Shown here in pieces: positions 47,657 through 56,542 of a stretch of 64,000 nucleotides of DNA; the stretch's first letter is position 1, and each line of letters opens with the position of its first letter. The notes under the pieces were generated by a model. The model was not told the DNA's origin. It saw only the letters and a list, made by a program, of their open reading frames with translations, and did no database searches. A program made the translations under genes and the position numbers. Source of the DNA: a virus; the IMG/VR virus record IMGVR_UViG_3300030104_005320, positions 51,904 to 115,903 of that record. One strand, 5' to 3'.

Positions 47657-48430
47657 ATGAAATCAATAGATGAATCATATGTTATAAAGAGATATACAGA
47701 GGGTAGTAGCACTATTTCAATAGCCAAAGAGCTTGATACATATCCTAAAAAAATAGAAAGAATATTAAAGAAAAATGGAGAACCCTTGAGGAGCCGATCT
47801 GAGTCTCAGTCTTTAGCCATAAAAAACGGCAGGACAAAACATCCGACAAAAGGCACAACAAGAAGTGAAGAAGACAAGATGAAAATTAGCTTAGGAGTTG
47901 AAAAGGCTTGGAAAGAAATGCCAGATGAGCAGAGAAAAAAATTCATAGATTCCGCTAAAGATAGGTGGGATAAAATGAGTCCCGAAAAAAGAAGGGAAAT
48001 GCAAGAGAAGGCAGGGAGAGCTTTAAGGCTAGCTTGTATAGAAGGATCTAAGCAAGAAAAATTTCTAAAGCAAAAACTTCAAGATATTGGCTATGAAGTC
48101 ATAATGCACAAAAAAGGACTAATTGAAGGAAATTTTGAAATAGACTTGCTTTTACCTGAGATCAACACTATAATAGAGGTAGATGGTCCTCAACATTTTC
48201 TGCCATTATTTGGGGAATCCAAGTTAGCTGAAACAATAAAAATGGACAGTATAAAAAACGGAAGACTTATTTCTAAAGGGTTTTGTGTTATAAGGGTTAA
48301 ATATCTATGTAGAAATATGAACAAAAGCGTAGAAAGAAAGTTGTGGAATTTAGTTTCTGAAAAGGTGGGCGACATAAAAGAAGAGTTCCCATCCGAATCT
48401 AAAAGATTTATTGAATTGGAGATTAGCTAA
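47657..48430 (+). CDS. homing-endonuclease-like protein (HTH/NUMOD3-like plus Vsr/DUF559 nuclease)
   Basis: STISIAKEL HTH, KG..RSEEDKMKIS, FEIDLLLP..IIEVDGPQHF..D..KN. Confidence 0.7.
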   Translation: MKSIDESYVIKRYTEGSSTISIAKELDTYPKKIERILKKNGEPLRSRSESQSLAIKNGRTKHPTKGTTRSEEDKMKISLGVEKAWKEMPDEQRKKFIDSAKDRWDKMSPEKRREMQEKAGRALRLACIEGSKQEKFLKQKLQDIGYEVIMHKKGLIEGNFEIDLLLPEINTIIEVDGPQHFLPLFGESKLAETIKMDSIKNGRLISKGFCVIRVKYLCRNMNKSVERKLWNLVSEKVGDIKEEFPSESKRFIELEIS

Positions 48431-49200
48431 TGACAGATGAATTGGACTTGTTTGATGCACAAAGCATCAAGGACGGAATAAAAAAAGAGGAAAACAAAAA
48501 GGAAGAAGAAACAACAATGCCCCCATACGGTTCCCAAGATTGGAACGAATATGTAATGGAGAAGTTTGATAACAAAGAGCTTTTTGATGGAAACCCGACG
48601 TGTGCGGGATTGCGTCGAGTGGCTGAAGATGTGCTAGGTACTATAGTTAGCAGTAGACCTATTCAAGTTTTTCCAGCATCAGACCCCAATGGGCCCGGAA
48701 GAGCCACTGTTGTATTTGAGATCGTTATTGATTGGATGGACTCTGGACAATACAGAACCTTTGGCGACGTGGCAGACGTATGGCATGGAAACACAGACGA
48801 TTTATTCTGTGCCCATCCCGTGGCTACGGCTAGCACTAGGGCAGAGGGTCGTGCTTTAAGAAAGGCTTTAAAGATTAAATGTCTAGCGGCAGAAGAACTA
48901 GCAAAAAAGGATGTTGCTTCTATCGTCAGACAGACAGTACAACAAAAGCCTACGGACGGAGAATGGAAAGAAGAGGACAATATTAGTTCCGCTCAAATCA
49001 ATTTTATTGGTGCCAAATGTGAGCAACTAGACATCAATGTTATGGATTTTATTAATTGTGGATCTGAATCTTATAAGACTATCGGAGAAGTTAGCAAGAA
49101 GACCGCATCTAAGATGTTGGGACTCTTGAATGAATACCAAACTAAAACTAAAGAAATGCCCGAAGATATAAAAGGGTATGAAAGCGATTGGAGAAAATAA
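48430..49200 (+). CDS. putative Rad52-like ssDNA-annealing protein
   Basis: ATVVFEI, ATASTRAEGRALRKAL, C-terminal ISSAQINFI. Confidence 0.55.
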   Translation: MTDELDLFDAQSIKDGIKKEENKKEEETTMPPYGSQDWNEYVMEKFDNKELFDGNPTCAGLRRVAEDVLGTIVSSRPIQVFPASDPNGPGRATVVFEIVIDWMDSGQYRTFGDVADVWHGNTDDLFCAHPVATASTRAEGRALRKALKIKCLAAEELAKKDVASIVRQTVQQKPTDGEWKEEDNISSAQINFIGAKCEQLDINVMDFINCGSESYKTIGEVSKKTASKMLGLLNEYQTKTKEMPEDIKGYESDWRK

Positions 49201-49529
49201 TGAAAGTAAAATATCAATCTGGAAAAATATCTGTAGAATTTGATTGCGACACACAGAAAGAGCTTTTTGCTCAGTTGGCATCTTTTCAAGAAGTATTTTG
49301 CGAAACAAAATGCGGCAAGTGTGGGTCAGAGAATTTAAAATTTGTCGTTCGTCAAGTTGACGGGAACGAATATCATGAAATTAGATGTTTGGACTGCGGT
49401 GCGAAGCTACAGTTTGGCGTAAACAAGAAGGGCGGTGCTCTTTTCCCAAAACGCAAAGATAGTGACGGAAACTGGCTACCAGACAAAGGCTGGACAAAAT
49501 GGAACCCAAAAACTAAGAAAGCGGAGTAA
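49200..49529 (+). CDS. zinc-ribbon protein
   Basis: CGKCGS...CLDCGA. Confidence 0.7.
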   Translation: MKVKYQSGKISVEFDCDTQKELFAQLASFQEVFCETKCGKCGSENLKFVVRQVDGNEYHEIRCLDCGAKLQFGVNKKGGALFPKRKDSDGNWLPDKGWTKWNPKTKKAE

Positions 49530-49804
49530 TGATTAAGCATAAAATTCTGGACGAACTAGGAACGGAAGATCAGTACATCATAGGTATAAGCTATATAAAA
49601 GATGGGAAAATAGAGACAACAATGATGTCTAACGATTTTCCGGTCTTAGATATGCCTACAGTAAGAAATGAATTTTCAGGATTGCTTTTTGAGCTTTATG
49701 ATAAGGAGGCTCCTAAGCCAGAAAACGTTGACATTGTAAACATAAACACCAACTCGTTAGACTCTCGTATCACAGACAAACAAGTTAAAGGCATAATTAA
49801 GTGA
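49529..49804 (+). CDS. hypothetical protein
   Basis: TAATG-coupled ORF. Confidence 0.6.
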   Translation: MIKHKILDELGTEDQYIIGISYIKDGKIETTMMSNDFPVLDMPTVRNEFSGLLFELYDKEAPKPENVDIVNINTNSLDSRITDKQVKGIIK

Positions 49805-50481
49805 AAATTTCATTTTGTATTACTTGTTATTATAGAGATGTGCATCTTTTACAGGATAGGATTGAGGAAATAGCAACGGGACAAACAGTCCTACCGGATG
49901 AGATAGTTGTTATTGCGAGCGGAATGCCGGATGGCTCTATGCGATGTCTAGATCCAAGAATAAAAATTTACACCTTTCCCGAAAGGATGCTTCCGGGCGG
50001 AGCTAGAAACAAAGGCGGTGAACTTTTTTCTGGAGATGTAGTATGTTTTTGCGACGTTGACGATCCAATACATCCACAAAAGTGTGAAATCGTAAAAAAA
50101 ATATTTAGCGAAAATCCAAACGTGGACGCTCTTGTTCACAATTTTAATTTCGACGAGGGAGATTTAGACGAAATATATGACACGAGCAACATCGAAATAG
50201 AGCGTATCTTAGAAGTAGATCCTAGATGGGAGAATGAACAAAAGCACATCTTTGAGCCACACAAAGACATACCTAGAACTTGTGTTATTGCCCCATCTAA
50301 AAAGCCGATACATCACGGACATTTAAGCGGCAGAGCAGAAATGTTTAAGACGTTAAAGTATCGTGAAGATATGTGGCTAGGGGAAGATGGAGATTTTTGT
50401 CAGTCTATAGTGAAGAGTGATTATAATTTATACTATACTCCGCTAATTTTAATAAACTATATAACAACAAAAGACAAATGA
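49801..50481 (+). CDS. GT2-like glycosyltransferase
   Basis: ISFCITCY, QTVLPDEIVV, GGARNKG, FCDVDD, GED. Confidence 0.85.
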   Translation: MKISFCITCYYRDVHLLQDRIEEIATGQTVLPDEIVVIASGMPDGSMRCLDPRIKIYTFPERMLPGGARNKGGELFSGDVVCFCDVDDPIHPQKCEIVKKIFSENPNVDALVHNFNFDEGDLDEIYDTSNIEIERILEVDPRWENEQKHIFEPHKDIPRTCVIAPSKKPIHHGHLSGRAEMFKTLKYREDMWLGEDGDFCQSIVKSDYNLYYTPLILINYITTKDK

Positions 50482-50885
50482 ATGTTGAAGTTTCTAACGG
50501 CGAAATTGCCGACAAAGTTTCTATATTAATGATCAAGGCACAAAAGATACACGATCCCGATAAGATGAAAAACATAGCTGAAGAGCTTGAAGCCTTATCG
50601 GTTGCCTTTGGTCAGATAGTAGGACATCCTTCGGATGTATTCAAAAAAGATGGAATTTGGGAATTGTTTTTTTCTTTGAAAAACATAAACGAAAAACTCT
50701 GGAACATAGAAGACAAGATAAGGGAAAAAGAAAAGAACAAACAGTTTGATGCAGAGTTTATAGAGTTGGCTAGATCGGTATATATGACCAATGATAAAAG
50801 ATCTAAAATAAAAGCAGAGATAAACAAGACTTCACACTCAAGACTATTAGAAGAAAAGTCCTACAGCGACTATCTAAGCCAATAA
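50478..50885 (+). CDS. DUF6165-like protein
   Basis: VSNGEIADKVSIL.IK...INEKLWNIED.IR...FIELARSVY.TNDKR..IK..IN. Confidence 0.75.
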   Translation: MNVEVSNGEIADKVSILMIKAQKIHDPDKMKNIAEELEALSVAFGQIVGHPSDVFKKDGIWELFFSLKNINEKLWNIEDKIREKEKNKQFDAEFIELARSVYMTNDKRSKIKAEINKTSHSRLLEEKSYSDYLSQ

Positions 50886-51700
50886 TTATTTTTTACGCGA
50901 TGATTGCAGTCTTGAGATTTTACTCTAGACCAGCCAGAATCGTAAGAATCATTTAGATAGCCTTCTCCAGTCATAATTAAATCTCTTTCTGCCCAGTAGA
51001 ACTTAGGAACGTCTACTTTACACATTCTGATTAGGTGCATCCAAGATGTATCTACAGTGTGTATTTCAGAAGCGTTTTTGATGACCTTAATCCAGTCAAA
51101 AATAAGGGTATCTTTCCATGGGTAGTTTGCTGGATCTATGACAGGAAGGTCCGTAGGGGGGCTAAAATCGAAGCTGTACTTACGGCTGTCCCTTACTACG
51201 AAAGCGTATTTATTGGGCAGCTTTAGACTTTCAAAAAGATCGTTTTCTTTTTTTATATCTCTTGGTAAAAAGTAGCTTTTATATCTTTCTTCATACGGAA
51301 CCTGTTGGACAGAATAAAAAACTTTAGGCCATATTGTAGATTCTGGTAGATTTAATTTTTTAGCCTGCTCCAGCCATTGACTTTCTTTATTAAAGTAACA
51401 CCTTCTTAGTGGAGGTATATCAACGCCGGGGTTATCCTGCCTAATTTTTTTGTAAGCACTTTCTTGCCTGAGCCTTGCCTGTCTGGTGCTACTGGGGTGC
51501 GGCTTTACAAACGGAATAATTTTATCATTATCCCTATACATAAATTCAATATGCTTTAATCTAGAGTCCCAACAAACTACATAAACCCTGTCATATATCG
51601 ATGCAAAATATCTGATAGAGCCATTCATGACAATAGAATCGCCCAAGCCTGTATTGTTAGCTACTACTATCCATTTTTTCTTTAATGTCTGTCCAGCCAT
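50870..51700 (-). CDS. uncharacterised GT-B-like protein (GLGD family paralogue)
   Basis: NTGLGDSIVMNG, FMYRD, IFDW, ASEIHTVDTSW; start uncertain (51700 or 51715). Confidence 0.6.
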   Translation of the reverse strand: MAGQTLKKKWIVVANNTGLGDSIVMNGSIRYFASIYDRVYVVCWDSRLKHIEFMYRDNDKIIPFVKPHPSSTRQARLRQESAYKKIRQDNPGVDIPPLRRCYFNKESQWLEQAKKLNLPESTIWPKVFYSVQQVPYEERYKSYFLPRDIKKENDLFESLKLPNKYAFVVRDSRKYSFDFSPPTDLPVIDPANYPWKDTLIFDWIKVIKNASEIHTVDTSWMHLIRMCKVDVPKFYWAERDLIMTGEGYLNDSYDSGWSRVKSQDCNHRVKNNYWLR

Positions 51701-52442
51701 TATCATATCCATCATTAAGGTAATTTTCTCCACACGCGGGAACCGGTCTTGCATATCTATGAAAAAATCTAGGATTATCTAGCTTCATAGATTTTATTAA
51801 ATGAAACCAAGAAGTATCAACCGTGTGTATTTCTGTAGCGTTTTCTATAACAGACATCCAATCAAAAACCAAAGTCTTCAAGGGAAATGAGTCAGGGCTA
51901 ACAATCGGAAGTTTAGTGTTAAGATAAATTCTAGATTGTTTCTTAGCTCTTTTGCTCGCTACAAAAGCGTACTCCTTGGGCAATCCAAGACGTTTATACA
52001 GCTCTCTCTCACGATGCGGATCTCTTTTAAAGTAAAAACTTTCATGTCTTTGTTTGTAGTCTACGCCAACAGCTTTGTAAAAAGCTTCACACCAGCAGCT
52101 TTTTTCCACATCTAACCCTATTCTTTCTACCAGATCGGGCCAGTCACGCATGTATGGCCAGAAAAACATCCTTGCATCAAAACCCTCTTTCTCATATCTG
52201 GCTCTAATTTTTCTAATTTTCCTTTGTGCGTGCTTGCCACTGGCGGCATCTGTCTCGGCCACTATATGTATTCTTGGATCGTCTCTATACATATACTTTA
52301 CATGTTCTACTTTTTGCCCATAGGTCACGACATAAACTTGATCATAGGAATTTAACAGATATCTAGCAGCACCATTCATCATAATATGGTCTCCTAGCCC
52401 CGTGTTATGTGCAATAATGCATCTGTCTAAAACTAACTTCAT
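51657..52442 (-). CDS. uncharacterised GT-B-like protein (GLGD family paralogue)
   Basis: HNTGLGDHIMMNG, YMYRD, VFDW, ATEIHTVDTSW. Confidence 0.6.
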   Translation of the reverse strand: MKLVLDRCIIAHNTGLGDHIMMNGAARYLLNSYDQVYVVTYGQKVEHVKYMYRDDPRIHIVAETDAASGKHAQRKIRKIRARYEKEGFDARMFFWPYMRDWPDLVERIGLDVEKSCWCEAFYKAVGVDYKQRHESFYFKRDPHRERELYKRLGLPKEYAFVASKRAKKQSRIYLNTKLPIVSPDSFPLKTLVFDWMSVIENATEIHTVDTSWFHLIKSMKLDNPRFFHRYARPVPACGENYLNDGYDNGWTDIKEKMDSSS

Positions 52443-52443
52443 T

Positions 52444-54033
52444 TCAATAATCCGTATTATGGGAACAAGGAGGATTTACTTGGCCTACGTGTTCATTGTT
52501 TTTTCTAAGAGTTGGAAAATCTAACTGGATTGCACCATCTATTTTTTCATTATTTTTTATACGAGATGTTATTTCAGGATTTCTTTTTTCATAATCTCCA
52601 TATAAGATACCGTTCTCGTGGCCAACATGAGATAAAGACTCGTCCTTGTAAATCGGCCATATGAATTCAGTCAACCATTTTTGGTCAACTCCCTTGCGAT
52701 CCTCCTTGTTAAAGCTGGCTATCATTTCTACTACATTTGGAATACCGCCCTTTATGCCCCACATACCCCCAAGGATTGGTATGTCGTGCCAATAGTGGTC
52801 TCTCATGCAGTGTAAAGATTTTTTAGATTGTAGCCACTCGTTAACAGCATGAACTTCTCTCCATAAGATTACTGAATCAGCGTCCCTAAATATTACAATA
52901 TTTGAGTCTTTAGCGGCATAAAATCGCCAAAACATAGAAAGGTTATTTTCTGGTTCTCCTTTCATATATATTAAATTACAACCCATTTCTTCTAAAGAAT
53001 CGCATACATGCCTTGGAACAGAATCCCCTATGTAAAAACGCCACTCCCAATCTGGATATTTATCCCTGCCATATTTGACGCATCTAACGGCACCGTCTGT
53101 GTATAAGGTATCTGATCCATACAAGCTAAATGATATTATCTTGTTATTGCTTTTGTTGATTTTTTTATTTATTATTGTTGAAAGTGTTGGGAAAAACTGC
53201 AACTCATTTAGAATTTTTTTCTTAGCGGCCTTTATGTATGGCAACCTTCTTTCCCACTCGTTGTTTTTTATCGCAGATTTAATTAAGGACAAAGAGTGCT
53301 GCTTGTCATGAACCGTAATTGGTATATATGCTCTAGGATCTATAAACTCGTACAGATTAGGACAGCCCCAGTAAAAGCATAAACATTCAGACAATATTGC
53401 GTCTACTATCTTTTCTGTGAAATAATTTTTTTCAGCAGTATTTTCAGCAGAGTATGTGTACTTATATGGGAATAAACCTTGATCTTTTGTTCTCCATGGA
53501 AGTGGCCCCATTTCTTTACCGGCTGATGGCCAGTGCTCAGGAATCCAAACATTTGCATGACCCCTTCCCCAGACATCCATTTCTATATTTTCACATATAT
53601 GGCAAAGAAGCTCTAGTCTCTGATTATGTCCGGGCAGCCATCTCTCGCCAGACATTACTGTAGAAAGTTTTTTGGTTTTTTTAAGGCTTACTTTTCCCTG
53701 TGTGAGATCAGAGTAGGTTGGAGATATCCACCACTCAACGGGATTTTTATAATGATAAAATAATATCTTGTCTCTATGTGCCTCGACATTTGAAAAAATG
53801 CCGGGAAATTGAGATATGCTATATTTCGGCTCCATCTGTATAACTATAGTTCTTTTGGGTTCTATGTTTTCTTTATCCCAATCTACCCAATTAATAACCA
53901 CAGAGAAATCTTCGTCCTCATCTACTAGCTGTATATCTTTCCAGCCCCCTTTTTCATCGGCCATTTTTTTAAAGTACCCATTAAGATAAGGCTCCTCCTT
54001 GTAATAATTGCCAACTATTTTTACTCTATACAT
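52444..54033 (-). CDS. GT10 alpha-1,3/4-fucosyltransferase-like domain fused to ISFSLYG/MRDH GT-like domain
   Basis: QMEP, YKYTYSAEN....YFTEKIVDA......YWG (GT10 motif); then ISFSLYG, FWRF, RDADS, MRDHYWH, ILGGMWG. Confidence 0.8.
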   Translation of the reverse strand: MYRVKIVGNYYKEEPYLNGYFKKMADEKGGWKDIQLVDEDEDFSVVINWVDWDKENIEPKRTIVIQMEPKYSISQFPGIFSNVEAHRDKILFYHYKNPVEWWISPTYSDLTQGKVSLKKTKKLSTVMSGERWLPGHNQRLELLCHICENIEMDVWGRGHANVWIPEHWPSAGKEMGPLPWRTKDQGLFPYKYTYSAENTAEKNYFTEKIVDAILSECLCFYWGCPNLYEFIDPRAYIPITVHDKQHSLSLIKSAIKNNEWERRLPYIKAAKKKILNELQFFPTLSTIINKKINKSNNKIISFSLYGSDTLYTDGAVRCVKYGRDKYPDWEWRFYIGDSVPRHVCDSLEEMGCNLIYMKGEPENNLSMFWRFYAAKDSNIVIFRDADSVILWREVHAVNEWLQSKKSLHCMRDHYWHDIPILGGMWGIKGGIPNVVEMIASFNKEDRKGVDQKWLTEFIWPIYKDESLSHVGHENGILYGDYEKRNPEITSRIKNNEKIDGAIQLDFPTLRKNNEHVGQVNPPCSHNTDY

Positions 54034-55428
54034 TTATGTTTTAACCCTATTTATAACATAAGATTTATTTTCAATCCTTTCAACAAGTGTATAGTTTAAA
54101 TTTTTCAGGCCATCAGTACTGAAATCATATCGAGAGTGTAACTTTTCTACATTCAAACTGTGAGATTTTTTTGAAGCTTTATCATGATGCATAGACGCAA
54201 ATCTTCCATCTCTTCTTTTCCATGAGATACCTAATGAATCAATTCTTTTTTTCATGTCGTCATCTTCTGCTCCCCATCCCCAATACTCATTTGAGTAACC
54301 ATTTAAAAGATTAAAATGAAACTTATCAAAAAGTGTGACGCCTCCAAATATACCAGCATACGGAAGCTTATAATTAAATTGAGAACAAAACGCAGAAAGG
54401 TGTGTTGGCGTACACGGAAAAGAGTAGTCACAAGACCTGCCTTCTGGAATCAAATCTATATCATGGAAACAAAAATAACAATTCTTATGTTTGTTTAAAT
54501 CGTAACCTATATTCAAAAGCTTGGCACGATTAAATTCATGGTCGTCGTATTGCTCTATAATTTGTATTTCATATTTGATATCCGGATGATAAAAATTCAT
54601 ATGGTCAGAAATACCAGAAACAAAGGACTCGACTTGATGCTCCCTGTTTCTGTAGGGAACAACTACACACATGTTATTAAACTCTTCAGTAGAAAAGTCT
54701 GAAACAAAATATTTAGACTCTGCTATATCTTGTTTTAAATATTTTATGTCAAAAAAATTATAATGATTCTGAACTTCAGGGTTAACGTGCGTGCCCCACG
54801 TTCCAAGATGAGTAGTCCTGCTAACTTCAGGCTGTAGCCATTTCATTCCATGCCATATTATGTGTGCTCTTATTGCAAAATCCCAACCCTTAGTTTTTAA
54901 ATGGTGGTCTTTCCTGTACCAATTAAATTTTAGCTGATCAAACCATCCTCTTTTGTCAAGTATAAATCCTAGTGCCGACCAGTTATATGTATCGACAACA
55001 AATTCTTGAGACTCTTTTTTAGAGTATTCACTAAAAGAATCATAGTTAAAGAGAGAAATTCCCGCATAACCCTTGTAAGAATCTCTATCTAAAGTCATAT
55101 ACCAATCTGCTATCTTAGTAATGTCTGGAGAAACCACTAGGTCTTCTTCTAGATATATATTAACATCAGAAAGCAGGACTTCATAAACATATGAAAGCAA
55201 CTTAAATGGATGGTTTTTAACTCCTTCTTTTTCTTTGGGCACAATAATCTTGTATTGTAGTCCATCCAATATTTTATTTATTGAAGATATCATATCTTCT
55301 AGCAAAGGAGTAGGCTCAACAGATAGTATTATATCCCAACCGTCAAGATCGTTTTTGACCAGAGAAGAAAGTAAATTCTCTAATAACTTTTTTCTGTTGT
55401 GAACAGTTACAGTTATTGTTTTTTTCAT
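54034..55428 (-). CDS. bifunctional glycosyltransferase: GT13/GnT-I-like domain plus GT7 beta-1,4-galactosyltransferase-like domain
   Basis: N-domain HNR, YLEEDLVVSPD, GWD, PEVSRTTHLG; C-domain VVVPYRNR, FNRAKLLNIG, FHDIDL, FGGV, NGYSNEYWGWGAEDDD. Confidence 0.8.
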   Translation of the reverse strand: MKKTITVTVHNRKKLLENLLSSLVKNDLDGWDIILSVEPTPLLEDMISSINKILDGLQYKIIVPKEKEGVKNHPFKLLSYVYEVLLSDVNIYLEEDLVVSPDITKIADWYMTLDRDSYKGYAGISLFNYDSFSEYSKKESQEFVVDTYNWSALGFILDKRGWFDQLKFNWYRKDHHLKTKGWDFAIRAHIIWHGMKWLQPEVSRTTHLGTWGTHVNPEVQNHYNFFDIKYLKQDIAESKYFVSDFSTEEFNNMCVVVPYRNREHQVESFVSGISDHMNFYHPDIKYEIQIIEQYDDHEFNRAKLLNIGYDLNKHKNCYFCFHDIDLIPEGRSCDYSFPCTPTHLSAFCSQFNYKLPYAGIFGGVTLFDKFHFNLLNGYSNEYWGWGAEDDDMKKRIDSLGISWKRRDGRFASMHHDKASKKSHSLNVEKLHSRYDFSTDGLKNLNYTLVERIENKSYVINRVKT

Positions 55429-55539
55429 CTAAAAAATATCTCAATAGATTGCTGTAGTGATAATAAGCGGAGTCAACCATAATATTATCGACAAAATCAA
55501 CAATCACAACAACAAATTAACAATAATATTGTTAATAAT

Positions 55540-56508
55540 TTACAGATATTCTAATGAAAAATACAGCCCGTAGCTCTCCTTAGATCCTGTAGACAGGGGA
55601 GAAGCAGAAAGAGCTACAGACCATGTATGGTGTGTATCAACCCCAGTTCCTCCATAGTTTAGTTGTTTACTTGAAGAGCCGTCGCCAAACTGATGAGCAG
55701 TAGATCCGAAGAAGGTTTGCTGATTACCAGTAGTTTTTAGATACTGGGTCCATTTAGGCCAGACCATTCCGGTTCCACTAACAACTTGATTGTTTTGCAG
55801 ACCTTTTTGCCCAGAGCCCGGAGAGTCGAGAAGAGGGACGATAATTCCAGTTCCTCCTACTGTATCATAAGATCCAGCAACTCCCGCAGTGGCAAGTCTG
55901 GAATCTCCATTGACAACAGAAGAGTTATCGTATCCATTTGTAAAAGTAACAGCAGAGCTATTAACAAAGGAATTAGTAACTAAAGCGTTTGGCCAAGGCT
56001 CTCCCCACCATAAAGCGTCTCCACTTCCTACGGCATTTGAAGTGACAGATGTAGAACCCTGATTGTTAAATGTGCTGCCATTATGATTGACAATTTCTGC
56101 AACTTTAGTGTTCACGCCACTAGCTGGAAAATTTACATTATTTCTATCAAAAATTCTAAGTTGACAATTTTGAGCTTTAACAGCAGATGTATGGCCAAAT
56201 TCGATACCTAAAGTTCCATGCATGGTCTTAACTCCAGAAAGACCAATATTGGTATCGCTACCGGCAAAAGCACCTCCAAGAGTACATCGACCACTAGGGA
56301 ACACGGAAGTAACGTATTTTAAGTTATTTGTAGCATCAGAATTGGTGCTGCCATCAGAGTTTGCAATCGTTGTTACATCTTGATATGAGCCTATTTGAAC
56401 CGATGCTCCAGCGGTAGCACCATAAAAAGCCAAACCAGAACCCGAAAACGTATCAATAGCAGGCGTGCCGTTAGCCTGTTTTAGTAATTGGAACCTTATT
56501 TCTGCCAT
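55540..56508 (-). CDS. putative virion structural protein (Gly/Ser/Thr-rich)
   Basis: AAGGAG RBS; composition; C-terminal ALSASPLS..K..YGLYFSLEYL. Confidence 0.65.
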   Translation of the reverse strand: MAEIRFQLLKQANGTPAIDTFSGSGLAFYGATAGASVQIGSYQDVTTIANSDGSTNSDATNNLKYVTSVFPSGRCTLGGAFAGSDTNIGLSGVKTMHGTLGIEFGHTSAVKAQNCQLRIFDRNNVNFPASGVNTKVAEIVNHNGSTFNNQGSTSVTSNAVGSGDALWWGEPWPNALVTNSFVNSSAVTFTNGYDNSSVVNGDSRLATAGVAGSYDTVGGTGIIVPLLDSPGSGQKGLQNNQVVSGTGMVWPKWTQYLKTTGNQQTFFGSTAHQFGDGSSSKQLNYGGTGVDTHHTWSVALSASPLSTGSKESYGLYFSLEYL

Positions 56509-56542
56509 CTTTTTTCTCCTTGACGTTGGAATTGTTATATAT

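Noticed and set aside
24646-55428. Bacterial chromosomal LPS/capsule locus or prophage-flanking host DNA
   Set aside because: No flippase, polymerase, export or housekeeping genes; the GTs are coupled to phage ssb and interleaved with phage-type genes in the same compact style
55485-55540. CAA/AAC-rich tract and AT-only palindrome (AATTAACAATAATATTGTTAAT) as origin, repeat array or ncRNA
   Set aside because: Too short and low-complexity to support a call; at most a weak terminator or promoter element
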